Source: an uncultured Bacillota bacterium (GTDB lineage: Bacteria > Bacillota > DTU025 > MWDF01). From it: DNA of 64,000 nucleotides. The notes below the pieces were generated by a model. That model did no database searches. It was not told the origin of the DNA and worked only from the letters and a program-made list of their open reading frames with translations. Positions 53,850-64,000 of the stretch are shown one piece after another. The stretch spans positions 160,001 to 224,000 of the forward strand of contig CAWGMK010000007.1 in the NCBI GenBank assembly GCA_963823655.1. Reading direction: 5' to 3'. The first letter of the stretch is position 1, and each line of letters starts with the position of its first letter. The position numbers were made by a program, and so were the translations under genes.

Positions 53850-55041
53850 GATGCCTGAACTTGGATTCGACCCCGCAGATCGGATGAAACTGGTGCCCTT
53901 CTCTGGTATCCGCAGGATGTTCGAGAAGGCCAAAGCGCTTGAAAGACAGGGCAAGGACGTAATCATGATGGAGACCGGGCGTCCGGACTTCGACACCCCG
54001 GCACACATCAAGCAGGCTGCAATCAAGGCGCTTGAGCTGGGCCATGTGCACTACACCTCGAACTTCGGCATCCCTGAGCTCAGATCGGCAATCGCCGAGA
54101 AGCTCCAAAAGGAGAACGGGCTCAGCTATGACCCGGAGACCGACATCATAGTGACGGCAGGGGCCTCCGAGGCCATACTCGACGCTTTCCTTGCCTTCCT
54201 CAACCCCGGCGATGAAGTGCTGTTCCCCGAGCCCAGCTGGCTGAACTACAATGCGGCGGCAAGGCTCACAGGCGCGATCCCCGTTGCAATGCCGATGAGG
54301 GAGAGCGCGGAGTTCCAGCTGGATCCCGCAGAGATCGAGAAGCTTGTGACCAAGAAGACCAAGATGATGGTGATCGTCTCCCCGCACAACCCGACGGGCA
54401 CGGTCCAGCACCCCGATGTGGTCAAGGCGCTTGCGGAAATCGCCGTCCGGCACAACCTGCTGGTGGTATCCGACGAGATCTACGAAAGGATCATATTCGG
54501 ATCCGCCAGGCATGTAAGCATTGCGTCGTTCCCCGGGATGAAGGAGCGCACGATAGTTGTGAACGGCTTCTCCAAGGCATATTCGATGACAGGCTGGAGG
54601 CTTGGTTACCTTGCAGCCCCCGCGCCCATCATCCAGGCGATGAACAGGGTGCACCAGTACAATACGGCCTGTGCCAACTCATTTGCGCAGGAGGGCGCAG
54701 TTGCCGCCCTTAAAGGCTCCCAGGACTGCGTGCGTGACATGGTGGCGGAGTTCTCCAGAAGGCGCGACCTGGTCATAGGCGAGCTTCAATCGATGAAGGG
54801 CATCACATGCCCGACTCCTGAAGGCGCGTTCTACGCCTTCATAAATGTCGGCGGCCTTGGCCTTACCTCGGAGGAGTTCTGCGAGAAGCTCATCGAGCAG
54901 ACATACGTCTCCTCCGTGCCGGGCCCGGTGTTCGGCGAAGCTGGCAGGGGTTTTGTTAGGTTCTCATACGCCAACTCCTACGAGAAGCTGCAAGAGGCGA
55001 TGAAAAGGATCAGGAAGTTCACCGAAGAGCATTCGAAATAA
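53850..55041 (+). CDS. PLP-dependent class I/II aminotransferase (start uncertain, 53821-53850)
   Basis: GRPDFDTP; SPHNPTG; SDEIY; NGFSKAYSMTGWRLG; PEGAFY. Confidence 0.92.
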
Positions 55042-55111
55042 ACGGCAGTCGCCGCCCTCACAATAAGGGCGAAAAGCAATTCTGGCATTTTGAAGAAATG
55101 AGGTGTAATTC

Positions 55112-56810
55112 GTGGCGTTTCTTTACTCAAACGAGGATACAGTCGAAAGATTATCCGGTTTATGCCTTAAGGGCACGATGCTGACCACAACGCAGTACCA
55201 TGACAGAAGGCATGTATTGCCCTTCGTGCTTGAGAAGGGCGGCAAGAGCTATTTTGTGGTAAGGCAGATGGACCAGGGCAATATCGAAGGTGCGGGATTC
55301 AAGTCCATGCCGCAAGTAAGGTTCCTGCCCTACTTCCTGCCGGGGGCAACAGCCGATGTGCCGTACAACAGCCGCCCAGGCCGTACTGGCCGTTTTGGGC
55401 AAAGAGCCCCTTACCGTGGATGAGGATATGCCGGTGTCTGTCTACCGTGAGCTTAAGGCCGCTGCCGACGCCGCAGTGCAGCAGTCCCCCGCAAGGCCGG
55501 TAGACGCATTCAGGCTCAGCACCAAACAAGTGCTTTCCAAGTTCAACCACCACAGGCCGGACGTAATAAGGGCGGCAAACGAGATGACCGCGGGCCATCC
55601 GCAGTACAAGAGGCTTAATGCCCTATATGCTCTCAAGGGCGACCCGTTTGCGATCCTTGATGCGAAGGCGTCATCCAAAGGAATTGGCGCTCTGCTCGCA
55701 TCATGGGTAACCAATTTCCAGGAGTTCACCGGGCTTAAGGCCACCCTGTCGGAATGCTACGGCTATGCCGCCCTCTATCTAGCCGGCAAAGCGGAGACCT
55801 GGGTTATAGTGCCGTCAGGCGAGGCCAAGGCATATTCCAGCACCTTCAAGAGCTTCGCCAGCTTCGCTGATGCCGTAAAGGAGCTTTCAGCAGGTGCCGT
55901 CGTAGGCATAGAGGAGGACACCTTAGGCGCAAGGCGTTACGTCGACATGGCCGAAAAAGGCGTCACACTTAAAGATGCCGGCAACATGATGAAGGAATGG
56001 CGCGACGAGAAGGCGATGTTCGACATCCCGTATTTCGTGGTCGGCGCGATGGCGACAAGGTACGCAATGGAAGGCGCATATGATTTCGCCGACCTCGCCA
56101 TCAAGGCGAACGTACCCGTGAGCGAAAAAGAAGTAGACAGCATATACAGGGCGAGGCTGGATGAATTCGCCAAGCTCTACAGATTGCAAGTGGAGCTGAA
56201 GTTCTTCTTCGTGAACACCCATTCAGGCTCAAGGACGATTTACCCTTCAAGGCCCACCGACTATGTGATACATAAGGGCATCAACTCGCTAAAGCTGGAC
56301 TCGGGGATATTCGTTTTCGACGATGGCCTGTTCCACGCATCCAGCGACATAGCCCGCACTGTGACAACGACCGCAGCCGCCGACGAAGTCGTAGATCTAA
56401 TGGAGAAGGTGCTGGTCGAGCAGACGATACCCGGAATCAAACCGGGCATGACAGGCGAGGAGATCCATAAGATGGGCGTCAATCAGATGGGCGCCTATGC
56501 AGACGTGTTCTTCAAGCATGGCTATATGCCGAGCTCGTTCTCATGGAGGCATGGCTATCCCAGGGACATAGGCCATTCCATGGAGAGGCAGGAGACCACC
56601 CACTTCCATTTCAGGCCCGGCGTTACGCTGAAGATGCTTGCCGGCATGGTGGGTTGCATAGAGTACCACTGCGCATACGATAACCACTCAATAGCAGCGG
56701 AGGACAGTTTCGTGCTGGATGATCAGGGCGCAATCATAATCAGCAGGGGCTCCGAGGAGTACGGCCCCGACGGAAAAGTAACTAAGAGGCGCCGCATAAA
56801 CCGTATCTAG
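55112..56810 (+). CDS. Atypical M24 (pita-bread fold) hydrolase with a long unrecognised N-terminus; frameshift near 55355
   Basis: C-terminal ligand pattern KLDSG / SDIART / IGHSM / CIEYH / AEDSF (D-D-H-E-E); GAGGTG RBS before GTG 55112. Confidence 0.65.
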
Positions 56811-56840
56811 CTGACCAAGTCAAACAAAGGAGGATATAAG

Positions 56841-57960
56841 ATGAAACGTTTAATGGCACTGGTTACCTTAATGCTTGCGTTGGCCATGGTTTCCGCAATG
56901 GTAGGCGCGGCCGCAACACCCATACAAGGTGGGCTGCATTGTCCCTCTGACAGGTGGCGCCGCTGCTAACGGAATGTACATCAAGCGCGGAGCAGAACTC
57001 GCCATAGCCGAGATTAACGCCAATGGCGGCGTGGCAGGGCATCCTGTCGAGCTCATCATGGCTGACGACGCCGGCGTGCCGGCAACATCCGTCTCCGCGA
57101 TGAACAAGCTCGTCTTCCAGGACAAGGTTGACTTCCTCATCGGCGGCAACATCAGCTCCACAGTCCTGGCGCATATGCAGATCTCCGAGAAGGAAGGCAT
57201 CCCCTACATAGTGACCACGGCCTCCAACGCGCAGATAACCACGAAGGCCAACAAGTGGACCGTAAGGCTGCACCAGAACGACCTGACACAGTCAGTTCAG
57301 CTTGCAGACTTCGTATTGAACGTAATCAAGAAGACCAAGATCGCCGTCATGTTCGACACCGGCGACTACGGCACCGGCTGCAAGAACGCCTTCAACGACC
57401 AGCTCGCCAAGCTCGGCAAGGCGCCGCTGATCACAGTAGGCTTCAACACCGGCGATAAGGACTTCATGTCGCAGGTAATCCAGGTCAAGGCGAAGAGCCC
57501 TGACGCAGTCATGGTATTCGCAGTCCAGGCCGAGGCCGCCATCGTGACCAACCAGCTCAGGCAGATGGGCGTAAATGCGACCATTTGCGGCACCGGCGGA
57601 TACATTGTACCCAAGTATATCGAGCTTGCACCCGGCACATCGGAAGGCACGGTCGGCATGACCACATACAGCCCCTTCGATGAATCGCCTGAAGTAAAGA
57701 AGTTCACCGAAGCCTACATCAAGGCCTACAACGACACACCTACACACCACGCTTGGAATACATATGAGGCATACATCTACCTGCTGAAGCCCATAGTGGA
57801 CAAGGTAGGAATCGACAAGGCCGCCGTAATGAACGCGCTCAAGTCGTACAAGTGGTCGGTAGCGGGCAATAACAAGTACTTCGACGAAACAGGGCAGGTA
57901 ATCATGCCCTCGATCTTCATCTCAGTGCAGGGCGGAGTCTGGAAGTACTTTAAGCAGTAA
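56841..57960 (+). CDS. Branched-chain amino acid-type (LivJ/K) ABC substrate-binding protein; frameshift just after the signal peptide
   Basis: AAGGAGG plus MKRLMALV signal; PLTGGAA; AIAEINANGGVAG; DYG; DKDF. Confidence 0.88.
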
Positions 57961-58044
57961 TATCCAGCACTTACGGTCGGGGCCGACATTTCGCTTCGGC
58001 GATGGGGCCCCGGCCCATCCTTTCTAGGAATCGGGGGGATATGC

Positions 58045-58962
58045 TTGAGCTTTTTGACCTTGATACAATACGTCATTAGCGGACTTGCCATCGGCAGCAT
58101 CTATGCGTTGATAGCGGTCGGGTACGCGATGATATGGAAGGCCATGGGAGTCCTCAACTTCTCGCAGGGCCAGGTATTCATGCTTGGGGGCTTCTTTGGG
58201 CTTACTTCGCTCAGGTTGATGGGGACCCCGCAATCAGGGACGCTGCCGGTCATCGCCGGCGTTGCGATTTTCGTAAGCGGACTAGCAATAATTCTTGCGC
58301 TCTTCACCCAGACTTTCGTGTTCGCCCCGATACAAAGGAGGACCCCGCCGGAGAGGATAAAGGTCAATATGCTCGTCTCCACAATGGCGGTAGGCATAAT
58401 CCTTGAAAATGCCGCAAGGCTCATCTGGGGCACTGAACCGATCTTCTTTCCCAGGATATTCGGTTCCAGGGTCTTCGTAATAGCGGACATCTACATACCC
58501 GAACATTACATCAGGATCATCGGGCTTGCCGTAGTCCTTGTAATCCTGTTGCAGCTTCTGCTGTATAAGACCAAGATGGGCCGCGCAATGCGCTCCATCG
58601 CCCAGGACAGGGACACGGCGGCATTAATGGGCGTAAACGTGAAGCAGGGCATCTATATTACCCTTTGCGTTACGTATGTGCTAGGCGCGCTCGCCGGCAT
58701 GCTTGTGGCCCCGCTCCTTTACGTCTCGTTCGACTACGGCGGACTTTTCGGCCTTAAAGGATTTACCGCAGCCGTCATCGGCGGCATCGGAACCGTTCCC
58801 GGGGCGATACTCGGAGGGCTGGTACTTGGAGTCGTCGAAAACGTCGGGGCAGGGCTCATCGATGCGACCTACAAGAGCGCTATAGCCTTCCTAGTCTTGA
58901 TACTGGTGCTGCTTATCAAGCCCTCGGGGCTTCTTGGCAAGCGCACTATTCAGAAAGTGTAG
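58045..58962 (+). CDS. HAAT ABC permease (LivH-like)
   Basis: GSIYALIAVG; NFSQG; TKMGRAMR; LKGFTAAVIGGIG. Confidence 0.9.
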   Translation: MSFLTLIQYVISGLAIGSIYALIAVGYAMIWKAMGVLNFSQGQVFMLGGFFGLTSLRLMGTPQSGTLPVIAGVAIFVSGLAIILALFTQTFVFAPIQRRTPPERIKVNMLVSTMAVGIILENAARLIWGTEPIFFPRIFGSRVFVIADIYIPEHYIRIIGLAVVLVILLQLLLYKTKMGRAMRSIAQDRDTAALMGVNVKQGIYITLCVTYVLGALAGMLVAPLLYVSFDYGGLFGLKGFTAAVIGGIGTVPGAILGGLVLGVVENVGAGLIDATYKSAIAFLVLILVLLIKPSGLLGKRTIQKV

Positions 58963-58971
58963 GCGGCCGCC

Positions 58972-59949
58972 ATGAAAAGCAAGCAGAAAAGGGCTTTAAT
59001 ATGGGTCGCCGTCGCAATGGCCGCGCTTTTGGTGCCGCTGGTCGCCCAGCAGTACGCCGTTCACATTTTCGTCCTTGCCGGCATCTACCTTGTTATGGCG
59101 ATAGGCCTTAGCCTGGTAAGCGGCTTCGCAGGTCAGTTGTCTCTAGGGCAAGCAGCCTTCTATGCCATTGGCGCATATATCTCAGCCCTGTTGACCATCA
59201 ATCTGGGCATATCATTCTGGCTGGCGCTCCTGGCCGGCACCGTAATTGCGGGGCTCATGGGCATAGTGCTTGGTTTGCCTACTCTGAGGCTTTCGGGCGT
59301 GTACCTTACTGTGGCCACAGTTGGCTTCGGTGAGATTGTCAGGCTAGTGCTTCTGAATTGGACACCTGTCACCAGGGGAGCGATGGGAGTGCGCGGAGTG
59401 CCGCCTCCCTCACTATTCGGTTTTCTGATAGATACACCTTTCAAGTACTACTACCTTGTGCTCGCGGCCGTGGGCATCAGCCTTTTCATCGCGTCGAGGA
59501 TCATCAATTCGCGCGTCGGCAGGGCGTTCATATCGGTCGCCGACAAGGAGATCGCGGCCCAGTCGGTCGGCATCAACCCTACGTACTATAAAACGCTCGC
59601 TTTCGTGATGGGCGCATGCTTCGCAGGGGCCGCCGGCAGCTTGTACGCGCACTATATCGGCTATATCCATCCGGATGCCTTCACACAGGCGGAGTCGATA
59701 ATGGTAGTGACCATAATGGCAGTGGGCGGAGTAAGAAGCCTTATGGGAATCACGGTCTCGTCGATCGTGCTGGTCACGGCGATGGAATACCTGAGGGCGT
59801 TTTCGGAGTTCAGGCTGATAATGTATGCCTTGATGCTGGTGCTAAGCCTAATATTCATGCCCAACGGCGTGGGCGGGGTCGCCAGCATGCTGATTGCCCG
59901 AGCAAGGCAGAAGTCGGGACGCTCGAAGCGGGAAGGGAGTGCATCTTAG
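58972..59949 (+). CDS. HAAT ABC permease (LivM-like)
   Basis: GFAGQLSLGQAAF; LRLSGVYL; SRVGRAF; PNG. Confidence 0.9.
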   Translation: MKSKQKRALIWVAVAMAALLVPLVAQQYAVHIFVLAGIYLVMAIGLSLVSGFAGQLSLGQAAFYAIGAYISALLTINLGISFWLALLAGTVIAGLMGIVLGLPTLRLSGVYLTVATVGFGEIVRLVLLNWTPVTRGAMGVRGVPPPSLFGFLIDTPFKYYYLVLAAVGISLFIASRIINSRVGRAFISVADKEIAAQSVGINPTYYKTLAFVMGACFAGAAGSLYAHYIGYIHPDAFTQAESIMVVTIMAVGGVRSLMGITVSSIVLVTAMEYLRAFSEFRLIMYALMLVLSLIFMPNGVGGVASMLIARARQKSGRSKREGSAS

Positions 59950-60726
59950 ATGGGCGATATGCTAAGAGTCGAAAATCTCACGATGATGTTCGGCGGCCTG
60001 GCGGCCCTGAAGGATGTCTCGCTTAACGTGGAGCAAGGCGAGCTGCTCTCGGTAATCGGGCCCAACGGCTCAGGCAAGACGACGCTTTTCAATGTCATAA
60101 CCGGCCTTTACGTGCCCACGTCGGGAAAAGTCGCCTTCAACGGCAAGGACATCACGCGCTTGAGCGCCTACGGAATTGCCGAGCGCGGCCTGGCGAGGAC
60201 GTTCCAGAACATAAACCTCTTCGATTCAATGACGGTGCTAGACAACGTGAAGGTGGGGCAGCACAGCGCCACTAAGTCCGGCGTGCTTGATGCCGTAATC
60301 CGCTCGGGGCGCTATCAAAAAGAGGAGAAGGAAACTAAGGCCAAGGCTGAGGAGCTTGTGGAATTCGTAGGCCTTTCGGCGGTCTCAGGCGAGCTTGCCA
60401 AGAACCTGCCCTACGGTGAGCAGAAGAGGCTGGAGATCGCAAGGTCGCTTGCATCGGATCCGAAGATGCTGCTTCTGGACGAGCCCACAGCCGGGCTGAA
60501 CCCTCGCGAGAAGGCAGTCGTTGCGGAGCTTATCAAAGCCGTCCACAACAAGGGAGTAACAATAGTGCTCATCGAACACGATATGCGCGTTGTCATGGGC
60601 ATATCCAGGAGGATCATCGTCCTTGACCACGGAGAGAAGATAGCTTCGGGAAGCCCGCAGGAGGTTAAGACCGACAAGCGGGTCATAGAGGCGTACCTTG
60701 GTAAACAGACGGCCGCAAATTGCTAG
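59950..60726 (+). CDS. HAAT ABC ATPase (LivG-like)
   Basis: FGGLAAL; GPNGSGKTT; RTFQN; LPYG; LDEPTAG; AYLG. Confidence 0.92.
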   Translation: MGDMLRVENLTMMFGGLAALKDVSLNVEQGELLSVIGPNGSGKTTLFNVITGLYVPTSGKVAFNGKDITRLSAYGIAERGLARTFQNINLFDSMTVLDNVKVGQHSATKSGVLDAVIRSGRYQKEEKETKAKAEELVEFVGLSAVSGELAKNLPYGEQKRLEIARSLASDPKMLLLDEPTAGLNPREKAVVAELIKAVHNKGVTIVLIEHDMRVVMGISRRIIVLDHGEKIASGSPQEVKTDKRVIEAYLGKQTAANC

Positions 60727-60744
60727 GTCTGGAGGGAATTCCAA

Positions 60745-61452
60745 TTGCTTAAGATAAAGGACCTGAATGTATACTACGGCGCCATCCATGCCCTTAAGGG
60801 AATATCCCTGGAGGTCAACGAGGGCGAGATCGTCACTCTGATAGGTTCCAACGGGGCCGGGAAAAGCACTACGATCAAGACGATAAGCGGGCTTATAGCC
60901 CCGCATACAGGCACTATAGAATTCCTGGGAAAGCAGATCGGCGGCATGCCGGCGCACCAGATCAACGCACTTGGCATCATACAGATACCTGAAGGCAGGA
61001 GAGTCTTCCCTGAGATGACAGTGGGGGAGAACCTTCTGATAGGCGCTTTCCTCAGAAAAGACGTTAAGGGCATCAAAGAGGACATGGATAAAGTCTACGA
61101 CCGCTTCCCCAGGATGAAGGAGAGGGAGAAGCAGGTGGCGGCAACGCTTAGCGGAGGAGAACAGCAGATGCTCGCCGTGGGCAGGGCGCTCATGGCAAGG
61201 CCCAAGCTGCTGCTACTCGATGAACCTTCGATGGGCCTTGCCCCGATACTCGTAGACGAGGTCTTCGAGATAGTGCAGGAGATCAACAGGCAAGGCACTA
61301 CGATACTGCTCGTCGAGCAGAACGCGAAGATGGCATTAAGCGTTGCCAACAGGGGATATGTGCTTCAGACCGGGGAGATCGCCCTGTCGGGTACGGCCTG
61401 CGAGCTTCTGAATACGGAAGAAGTTAGAAAGGTGTACCTGGGAGAGAGCTAA
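60745..61452 (+). CDS. HAAT ABC ATPase (LivF-like)
   Basis: GSNGAGKST; PEGRRVF; LSGGEQQM; LDEPSMGL; VEQN. Confidence 0.92.
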   Translation: MLKIKDLNVYYGAIHALKGISLEVNEGEIVTLIGSNGAGKSTTIKTISGLIAPHTGTIEFLGKQIGGMPAHQINALGIIQIPEGRRVFPEMTVGENLLIGAFLRKDVKGIKEDMDKVYDRFPRMKEREKQVAATLSGGEQQMLAVGRALMARPKLLLLDEPSMGLAPILVDEVFEIVQEINRQGTTILLVEQNAKMALSVANRGYVLQTGEIALSGTACELLNTEEVRKVYLGES

Positions 61453-61489
61453 TATAAGTTTCCAATATTACGTGGAGGTGGCTTGAGAG

Positions 61490-62383
61490 ATGTCGTTTAA
61501 AGTAAGTGGGATTATCCCTGCCATGGTTACGCCGTTTGGCAAGGACGGAAAATTGAACCTTCCCGCCTTGAGGAAATTGACGAATTACCTCATAGATTTG
61601 GGAGTTCATGGCCTGTTCGCCGTAGGCGGGCAAGGGGAGTTCTGGGCAATGGACGCGGACGAGAAGAGACAGGTTATCGAAACAGTCGTGGAGGAGACCC
61701 GCGGCAGGGTACCGGTATATGCGGGGACCGGCGCGGAGACTACATGGGAGGCGATTAAGCTCACCCAGATAGCAGAGTCTGCCGGAGCCGATGCCGTCTC
61801 GATAATCACGCCTTATTACGTAGCACCGTCCCAGGACGAAATCCTCGAGCACTATAAGGCCATAGCGAAGTCGACCAAGCTGCCGGTAGTCCTCTACAAC
61901 AACCCGCCAAGGACCGGAAACAACATTTCGCCCTCGATGCTGGAAAAGGCAGCCAAGGTCGAGAACATCGTCGGTGTTAAGGATTCCGGCGGAGACATGA
62001 CGCAAGCTTGTGAGTACATAAGGCGCACTGACAAGGACTTCGCGGTGCTGATGGGCCGCGATACCATGATATTCGCGGGAATGTGCGTAGGGGCCAAGGG
62101 TTCGATTACCGCAACCGCAAATGTGGCGCCGAAGCTCGTAGTCGAGATATATGACGCCTATATGGAAGGGGACATGGTCAGGGCGCAGAAGTGCCAGGAC
62201 CAGCTGGCTCCATTGAGATTGGCATTTGAGCTGGGCACGTTCCCGGTCGTTATAAAAGAGGCCCTTGAGATGATCGGAATAGAGGCGGGGCCTGCAAGGA
62301 TGCCGGTCGGCCCGATGAAGCCCGATAAGAGGGCTGAGCTGTTTAACGTGTTGGTCGGCATGGGGCTTCCTGCCAAGATGTAG
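61490..62383 (+). CDS. DapA/NanA family class I aldolase/dehydratase
   Basis: PAMVTPF; GGQGE in place of DapA GTTGE; TPYY; LYNNP; GVKDS (Schiff-base Lys). Confidence 0.88.
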   Translation: MSFKVSGIIPAMVTPFGKDGKLNLPALRKLTNYLIDLGVHGLFAVGGQGEFWAMDADEKRQVIETVVEETRGRVPVYAGTGAETTWEAIKLTQIAESAGADAVSIITPYYVAPSQDEILEHYKAIAKSTKLPVVLYNNPPRTGNNISPSMLEKAAKVENIVGVKDSGGDMTQACEYIRRTDKDFAVLMGRDTMIFAGMCVGAKGSITATANVAPKLVVEIYDAYMEGDMVRAQKCQDQLAPLRLAFELGTFPVVIKEALEMIGIEAGPARMPVGPMKPDKRAELFNVLVGMGLPAKM

Positions 62384-62399
62384 TGAATTGACTCTAAGC

Positions 62400-62435
62400 G
62401 AAAAAATCCGGTTGCCGCAAGGTAACCGGATTTTC
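62400..62435. terminator. Bidirectional terminator
   Basis: AAAATCCGGTTGCC-GCAA-GGTAACCGGATTTT between convergent genes. Confidence 0.8.
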
Positions 62436-62447
62436 ATATCCCGCTTG

Positions 62448-63159
62448 TTAGAAGGGCTTTACGCCGTCCAGCCAGCCGTTGCTGTGCCAGTGCTCCCTGT
62501 CGTGCAGGTTCCAGGTGTTCTTGCGCATCATGCCGGACATCAGCTTGAAGAAAATGCTCCTGAAAAGGGGGTTCCCGGCCTTTTCTATTCCATCGACCGA
62601 GCTTATCAACTTCTTCGCCAGCTTTGCCGCGTCTTTCCTTATCTTGGCCTGTTTTCCCGGCTTCACCTCGGCCCATTTCATGGCGGAAACGGGGTTCTTG
62701 TAGGAGTATACTCTCTTGACTCCCCAGAAAGTCAGGCTCTTGCGCAAAGTGCTTGTGGCGTGCCCGAGTCCCGGCGCCCGCCGTCGTGCAGACTGTAAGG
62801 CCTACTTTGTTGAACATGCTGGGATTAGGCCTGTGGCTCATCCACATGAAGCACAGATGGTCCAGCATGGCCTTCATCTGGCCGGATATGTCCATTGCGT
62901 AGACAGGGGACATGAGGATTATCAGATCAGAGCCGGTAATAGCCTCGACGATGGGAAGCACTGCCGACGAGTGAGGGCAGGTCCCCTCCCCGTTCATGAA
63001 GCATGAGAAGCAGCCGTTGCAGAAATGCGGCATATCTTTAGGCAGCGAGAACTCCTTGACCTCGATTTCCGTGCGCTTGGAGATTTCCTCTTTTATCATG
63101 TCCACGCAATGCCAAGTGCTCCCGTGCCTCTGGTTTCCGTTTAGAACAACAATCTTCAT
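62448..63159 (-). CDS. Flavodoxin-like / NADPH-dependent FMN reductase with Cys cluster; frameshift near 62765
   Basis: LNGNQRHGST; CNGCFSC......CPH; SPVY; QMKAMLD; TTAGAG. Confidence 0.82.
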
Positions 63160-63181
63160 GTTACCCCTCCTGATGTCTGTC

Positions 63182-63844
63182 TTAGTATAATGATTGATCA
63201 TAGGCATTTCCGGCTCCGCCGGCCCCATATACCTTGTTGAAATGGTCCACATGCCTTTCGAAAAGCGCCCTTGCCTCTGCCAGGCTTGCCTCATCGTTGT
63301 CGAACTTGTAGAAGATGAGGAAAATCGGAGCGAAGAAGGCCATCGCCAGCAGATAAGGGTCGGTCTTGATGAACCCTCCGGCTTCTATCAGGGCCGCGAA
63401 GAGCCTTGATTGGAAATCCAGCGCGTCGTCGAAGGAAAGCCTCCTGTACAATCCGCCGAGCTCGGCGTTTCTGTACTGCTCGATGGTTAGCATCTTCCTG
63501 AGCTTCACATTTATCTCATCGACGAAGTAATAGTCGAATATCTTTGCGGATATGATCTTGAACTGCTCATTGGACATCTGCTTGTACATCTCGATAGTCC
63601 TTCTGTCCACCTCGAATTTCATGTCTTCTCCTGTGATCTCCATTTTGCGGAAGATCTCGGCTCCTCTTCCCGAATGCTCCTTGATTATTGAGTCGAATAT
63701 GTCCTGCTTGTTCTTGTAGTGGTTATAAAGAGAGCTTTCCTTTATCCCCACGGCACCCGAGATGTCCCTTACAGAGACAGAGTCATAGCCGTAAGTGGAG
63801 AACAGGTCGAGCGCCTTCATCAGTATCAGCTCTTTAGTAGTCAT
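63182..63844 (-). CDS. TetR family regulator
   Basis: ALDLFSTYGYDSVSVRDISGAVGIKESSLYNHYKNKQDI. Confidence 0.92.
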   Translation of the reverse strand: MTTKELILMKALDLFSTYGYDSVSVRDISGAVGIKESSLYNHYKNKQDIFDSIIKEHSGRGAEIFRKMEITGEDMKFEVDRRTIEMYKQMSNEQFKIISAKIFDYYFVDEINVKLRKMLTIEQYRNAELGGLYRRLSFDDALDFQSRLFAALIEAGGFIKTDPYLLAMAFFAPIFLIFYKFDNDEASLAEARALFERHVDHFNKVYGAGGAGNAYDQSLY

Positions 63845-63852
63845 GCCGCACC

Positions 63853-63999
63853 TCACATTGATAGGGCAATCCTTGACGCCTCGATAACTGCTACTTGTAT
63901 CATGAAAAGCGCAGATATCGAGAAGAAGAATGCCCTTCTGATCTCCTGCTTCCTTACGAAAATGCTGGCTAACCCGAGAAGAAGCACCAGGCCGCCCGC
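63853..63999 (-). CDS. 3' end of a membrane protein entering from outside the window
   Basis: Open frame AGGLVLLLGLASIFVRK...FFFSISALFMIQVAVIEASRIALSM*, with the stop overlapping the TetR RBS. Confidence 0.55.
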   Translation of the reverse strand, partial: AGGLVLLLGLASIFVRKQEIRRAFFFSISALFMIQVAVIEASRIALSM

Positions 64000-64000
64000 T

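Noticed and set aside
61490-62383. Housekeeping dapA
   Set aside because: The GTTGE motif is changed to GGQGE and the gene ends an importer operon, so no symbol was assigned.

Overview
64 kb of a bacterial chromosome, most consistent with an anaerobic Bacillota (Firmicutes-type mfd-yabN/mazG-divIC-yabR order, sigmaA-type promoters). It is probably diderm, because three tandem signal-peptide proteins look like small outer-membrane beta-barrels. The first ~21 kb is mostly core genome (mfd, mazG, divIC, lysA, mscL, hsp20, ychF-like, nifU, tdh-kbl, three tRNAs). After tRNA-Lys comes a patchwork of accessory and metabolic modules: five dispersed, highly diverged paralogous secreted or lipoprotein beta-sandwich genes, a TRAP transporter, proBAC and argGH with ARG-box-like sites, and two regulator-transporter-enzyme clusters. 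The strongest candidate for an undescribed system is the RpiR-tctCAB-dehydrogenase-pepM-Ldh_2 operon (42163-49163). It places a true PEP mutase in an uptake/catabolic context with no decarboxylase, which suggests C-P bond cleavage by running PepM in reverse (phosphonolactate -> phosphonopyruvate -> PEP). About a dozen genes are broken by small indels, most likely long-read assembly errors. I saw no CRISPR array, rRNA, integrase or transposase. All calls come from motif recognition by eye, with no database searches.
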